32,000 bases of DNA, from the NCBI RefSeq assembly GCF_035285525.1, contig NZ_JAYKGW010000104.1, positions 30,001-62,000 on the forward strand. The letters are read 5' to 3'. The notes beneath the pieces are model-generated. The model ran no database searches and was not told the DNA's origin. It saw only the letters and a list, made by a program, of their open reading frames with translations. Shown one piece after another: positions 28,282 to 32,000 of this stretch. The stretch's first letter is position 1. Each line of letters opens with the position of its first letter. Both the position numbers and the translations under genes were made by a program. This stretch comes from Okeania sp. Lineage in GTDB: Bacteria > Cyanobacteriota > Cyanobacteriia > Cyanobacteriales > Microcoleaceae.

Positions 28282-29499
28282 GTGATTAGGTTAACCCTCC
28301 TAGACCCTCAAAAAAATACTCCTATAAAAAAATGGGACTTTCAGAGAGAATCAATCATAAAAGTTGGTCGTTCTCCTGACAATCATATTGTTTTATCTGA
28401 TACTTTAGTTTCCCGATACCATCTAGAACTACATAGAGTATCAAAATCCGTAAATCTTTGGCGCATAATTAGCCAAGGTACAAATGGAACTTTTGTCAAT
28501 GGAATTTTGATGTCTCAGGGAATTGTTTCTGATGGTTCCCTGATACAGTTGGCAAGAAGTGGCCCAATTATCAAATTTCAAGTCCAAACTCCTACTGCTC
28601 CCCAAAACCCCAAAAAATGTTGTCCCCGTGCCGAAGATAACCCTCCAGGAAATTTATTTTGCATCTATTGTGGTCAACCAATTCGGGTTGAACGTAGTAT
28701 TCGTCAGTATCAAGTATTGCGGACATTGGGTCAAGGTGGGATGGGTACTACCTATTTAGCATGGGATCGGAAGCAACATAATTTACAGGGTATAGATGCT
28801 TCCCCTACTGCTTCTCTAGTGGTACTCAAGGAAATGAATGCTGACATGGCTCAAATTATGAAAGCTCAAGAATTATTTGAGCGAGAAGCTAAAGCACTAA
28901 AATCTTTGAATCATCCCGGTATTCCTAAATTCTTCGACTTTTTTGTGGAAGAAGACAAGAAATATTTGGCAATGGAAATGATTCATGGTCAAGATTTGGA
29001 GAAACGCATTGTTACTCAAGGTCCAATTTTGCCACAACAAGGAATAGAGTGGATGATTCAGACTTGCGAGATTCTAGAATACATTCATTCTCAAGAACCT
29101 CCACTTATTCATCGGGATATTAAACCTGCTAATCTTCTAATCCGCCGCCGTGATAATCAGATCGTGGTTTTAGATTTTGGAGCAGTCAAAGAAATTGGAA
29201 CACCTTTAGGTACACGAATCGGTGCAGAAGGTTATAGCGCTCCCGAACAAGACCGCGGACAACCTTTGACTCAATCTGACTTGTATGCGGTGGGTGCAAC
29301 TCTGATTTTTGTGCTGACCAGTCAAAGTCCTATGAAGTTTTATGACAATCGTGGTGATGGTTATCGGTTTCATATTGAAAGCGTTCCCACCATTACACCA
29401 CAACTACGAGAGGTGATTGAAAAAGTTACACAACCACTCCCTAGCGATCGCTATCAAACTGCTCCAGAGTTAGCAGAAGCACTAAAGAATTGTCTGTAA
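28282..29499 (+). CDS. FHA domain / zinc-ribbon / Hanks-type Ser/Thr protein kinase
   Basis: The start codon is GTG. The FHA region reads VGRSPDNHIVL..SRYHLEL..GTNGTFVNG. The Cys cluster is CC..CIYCG. Kinase motifs are GQGGMGTTY, VVLKEM, HRDIKPANLL, DFG and SAPE. No TM segment is present. Confidence 0.85.
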   Translation: MIRLTLLDPQKNTPIKKWDFQRESIIKVGRSPDNHIVLSDTLVSRYHLELHRVSKSVNLWRIISQGTNGTFVNGILMSQGIVSDGSLIQLARSGPIIKFQVQTPTAPQNPKKCCPRAEDNPPGNLFCIYCGQPIRVERSIRQYQVLRTLGQGGMGTTYLAWDRKQHNLQGIDASPTASLVVLKEMNADMAQIMKAQELFEREAKALKSLNHPGIPKFFDFFVEEDKKYLAMEMIHGQDLEKRIVTQGPILPQQGIEWMIQTCEILEYIHSQEPPLIHRDIKPANLLIRRRDNQIVVLDFGAVKEIGTPLGTRIGAEGYSAPEQDRGQPLTQSDLYAVGATLIFVLTSQSPMKFYDNRGDGYRFHIESVPTITPQLREVIEKVTQPLPSDRYQTAPELAEALKNCL

Positions 29500-29764
29500 C
29501 ATTATAGTGTTCTACTTAACTAAAGCAATGGGGGTTTTCGGTTGGGGAAACTCCCAACTGTGATTTATATATAAGAAGATATCACCTCTTAATGTTTTGA
29601 TAACAATCCTCTTTTCTGTATCAGATTTTATATTTAACAGCTCGCAGTGTTAATTTTTCTTTTTCCTATCCCGTCTTTGTTTTCTAAATTCAGCAATATC
29701 CTGATAAGTATGGTCTTCATTATAAAGAAGAGGTAATAATTATTAATTATTAATTATTATTCAA

Positions 29765-29983
29765 CTAATCTTCTTCCCAAGCTTCTACAGCTAACAGTTC
29801 ACTAACTGGATCTTGCATAGAAAAACCAAACTCTTGTAGTTCTTTTTTCCAAAAGTGCCATTTATCACCAAAAAGTAGGGCAATTTTCCAGATACTATCT
29901 GTTGGCTTGATTATATTAGATTTGACAAGGGAATTCACCTGACGCTGGAACTTGTCCATCGGGTGCATAACCTTTTGGTTCAT
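29765..29983 (-). CDS. Small hypothetical protein (72 aa), acidic C-terminus
   Basis: The ORF is 29765-30037. I trimmed it to the internal Met (MNQKVMHP...) preceded by AGAGG 5 nt upstream. I recognise no family. It may not be expressed. Confidence 0.3.
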   Translation of the reverse strand: MNQKVMHPMDKFQRQVNSLVKSNIIKPTDSIWKIALLFGDKWHFWKKELQEFGFSMQDPVSELLAVEAWEED

Positions 29984-30346
29984 AATACCTCTTGATTTTT
30001 TTGAAATTCTGCTTACAGCTACCCCTCTCCTTCTCACTTTTACCGATTTGAGGACTTTTCGTGGCCTTGAGAGAAGTAGTTTGTATTCTTATAATCTAGA
30101 ATACTTAGTTTCTTTTGGCAAGACATTATAAGTAAAACTAAATCATTGAAAATGAATGGTGATCTTTGTTTATACTTCCTGGATTTTTATTTGTTTTGCT
30201 ACTTGAATAAATTGTATTAATGTGATATACGAATCTTAATTTTGAGGGAATAGAGAATAGAGAATAGGTAAGAATTTCGGAGGTTTTCATTTGCTTTTTG
30301 ATTTGTCACAATCAATTAGGAAATAGACCTCTCCAGAAAAAACGAA

Positions 30347-30388
30347 GCAGGGAGCAGGGAGCAGGGAGCAGGGAGCAGGGAGCAGGGA
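30347..30388 (+). repeat. STRR array (GCAGGGA)x6
   Basis: I counted six perfect heptamers by hand. Confidence 0.95.
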
Positions 30389-30623
30389 GAAATAATTGAT
30401 AACTTCTGCACGATAATTGATTTTACTTTTTATTATTGGAGATGCCTAATAGGGAATGGGGAACACTTAACTGGAAGACAGGTCGATTACTTTAACGTTG
30501 CAATGACAACTGTTCAACTGGATTCATATAATATCATGTCCGAATAAACTGATAACCGATAACTGAAATGACCCGGTACATCATTTTTCTGAAATCTGCT
30601 GTATTCAACCGCACATGATATTA

Positions 30624-31682
30624 CTAAAAGTCAGTTAATAGTCTAACCTTTCTGAGAACAAAAGTTAATACAGTTTCCTGAGAATAGATAATATCAGCTC
30701 TTCCTTCCATTCCTGGTTGAATTGGATATTGACGATCACTTTTGACTAAATAAGGTTGTTCAGGTTTTATGATCGCCTCATAATAAGCTTCTTGTAGCAC
30801 TTCTGGAGTGATAGCATCTGGAGATATTGAACTGACAGTTCCTTTGAGAATACCATAATCAGGAAAAGGATAAGCTGAAACCCGAATCTGTACAGGTTGA
30901 CCGACTTTTACCCTGGCGATATCTGCTGCTGTCACTCTACCTTTAAATACTAAAGGTGCGTTACTGGGAACAATTTGAGCGATCGCTGTTCCTGTTTCGA
31001 CAGTTTGTCCAGGATTGCGTAAAAATAACTTAAGTATAGTACCATTTGCCGGGGCGATAATTACACTATGGTCAAGCTTGGTATTTATCTGTTCTAGTTT
31101 TGTGTCACCAACAGTCAATTCTTTAATTAGTTCGGTTCGCTTGACTATTAGATCGCGTCTATCTTTAGCAAACTGTTGAGCAAGTTGAGGTAAAGATTGG
31201 GATAGTTTTAAAATAGCTGAATCAATAGATGAATCATCTATCTTAGTTGATGGCTGAAAATTCTGAGGTTTAGCAGTAGCTAAAATTTGCACTTCTAGAG
31301 CAGATATTTGTTGATTAATTTGCTCTAGTTCCATATTGCACTGTTTTATTTTTTCTTCCAGTTGACTTTTTTTACGGTTGAGAGTGGATTCATCTATGCG
31401 TGCGATCGCATCTCCCATCTGAACTACTTGATTTTCACTTACTTCTATACTGTCAACTTTACCCTCTGTTAGGGCTTGAACAATTCTTATATCTCCTGTT
31501 GGTCGAGCAATAGCTTCAGTTCTGACAGTAGGATTATATTTGATTACACTCATTAGAGCAATAGCTGCACTAAATGTTCCTAGTAATAACATTCCCCCTA
31601 TTTTATTCCAACGACTCATAGGAGGGAGAAATTCATCACTTTCTAGGGGTTGTAATTCTATAGAATCAGAATTATTAAACAT
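30624..31682 (-). CDS. HlyD-family membrane fusion / periplasmic adaptor protein (type I secretion or ABC/efflux partner)
   Basis: It has an N-terminal TM anchor (IGGMLLLGTFSAAIALM), a lipoyl-like hairpin (G.V..I.V.ENQ.V..GD.IA.ID), a long coiled coil (LEEKIKQCNMELEQINQQISALEVQ) and a beta-barrel C-terminus. Confidence 0.85.
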   Translation of the reverse strand: MFNNSDSIELQPLESDEFLPPMSRWNKIGGMLLLGTFSAAIALMSVIKYNPTVRTEAIARPTGDIRIVQALTEGKVDSIEVSENQVVQMGDAIARIDESTLNRKKSQLEEKIKQCNMELEQINQQISALEVQILATAKPQNFQPSTKIDDSSIDSAILKLSQSLPQLAQQFAKDRRDLIVKRTELIKELTVGDTKLEQINTKLDHSVIIAPANGTILKLFLRNPGQTVETGTAIAQIVPSNAPLVFKGRVTAADIARVKVGQPVQIRVSAYPFPDYGILKGTVSSISPDAITPEVLQEAYYEAIIKPEQPYLVKSDRQYPIQPGMEGRADIIYSQETVLTFVLRKVRLLTDF

Positions 31683-31747
31683 AATTAATTTTTACTTACT
31701 AAAATAATTTTTTTGAGATTAAATTGAGAAATTAATATTATTTGGAT

Positions 31748-31842
31748 TTACGCAGAAACCTGGTTTCTTTGGAGAAATTTTGGGGTTTGAGCAACAATAT
31801 TGCAGTAATAAACCCGATTTATTGGTTGCTTTGCGTAAGTAG
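31748..31842. repeat. ~95-nt inverted-repeat (hairpin-forming) element with ACTTACGCA(A)AG.AACC termini
   Basis: The left arm is ttacgcagaaacc (31748-31760). The right arm ggttgctttgcgtaagt (31824-31840) is its imperfect reverse complement. The same terminus, acttacgcaaagaaaccgggttt, occurs at 11260-11285. Confidence 0.7.
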
Positions 31843-32000
31843 TAATTTTGCCTCCAAAAGCAATTTTTAACTTCAGCTTACTAAAAATAAAAGAAATAAC
31901 ATAAATAATCCGGAGAAAGTTAAAACTCGTAGATATTAAGGTTAAAGTTAATACTTCACAGAAAATTATCGTGGGAGTTGACAAAAATCCGGATAGTGCA

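Noticed and set aside
27748-29403. ORFs 27748-28011 (minus), 28559-28759 (plus) and 29206-29403 (minus)
   Set aside because: All three are embedded in the PP2C or kinase genes, either antisense or out of frame. The host frames carry complete catalytic motif sets.
31748-31984. Minus-strand ORF of 78 aa at the window edge
   Set aside because: It reads through the ACTTACGCA inverted-repeat element. Its composition is hydrophobic and low-complexity, and it has no ribosome-binding site or motif.

Overview
This is an AT-rich cyanobacterial chromosome segment, most likely from a heterocyst-forming (Nostocales-type) filamentous strain. I counted 11 perfect HIP1 octamers (GCGATCGC) where fewer than one is expected by chance. 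Many intergenic spacers carry STRR-type tandem heptamers (CTGATAA, GGGAGCA, CCCTATT, GTAACAA/GTAAGAA, AATTGAT).

Layout:
(1) 2-739 (+): a 5-prime-truncated PrsW-family membrane protease.
(2) 1070-12929 (all minus strand): a secreted protein, an alpha/beta hydrolase, and a cell-envelope glycan cluster. The cluster holds GT4, GT2, an acyltransferase-3, a NodB-type deacetylase, an O-antigen-ligase-like membrane protein and glmM. An Rpn-family PD-(D/E)XK nuclease gene interrupts it.
(3) 12930-14407: a 1.48-kb gene-free divergent spacer.
(4) 14408-29499 (all plus strand): a repeat-built membrane-anchored protein, a REC-DUF3685 (Ycf55-like) protein, a Cas4-like Fe-S PD-(D/E)XK nuclease, a sensor-less REC-histidine kinase, a RecJ exonuclease with an in-frame 126-bp tandem repeat array, a Zn-ribbon/pseudokinase-like/PP2C phosphatase, and an FHA/Zn-ribbon/Hanks kinase.
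(5) 29765-31682 (minus strand): a small ORF and an HlyD-family adaptor.

I found no rRNA, tRNA, CRISPR array, transposase or integrase. I cannot demonstrate a clearly novel system from sequence alone. The candidates most worth follow-up are:
- the co-directional signalling plus DNA-end-processing gene run (17195-29499), including the unusual PP2C/kinase pair;
- the repeat-expanded recJ;
- a 20-30 nt motif (ACGGTTCCYGA..AATYAG) found four times, each time upstream of and co-oriented with a gene;
- the very dense, partly nested MITE-like repeat families that fill the intergenic spacers.

All functional calls are motif-level readings of the supplied translations. No database search was possible.
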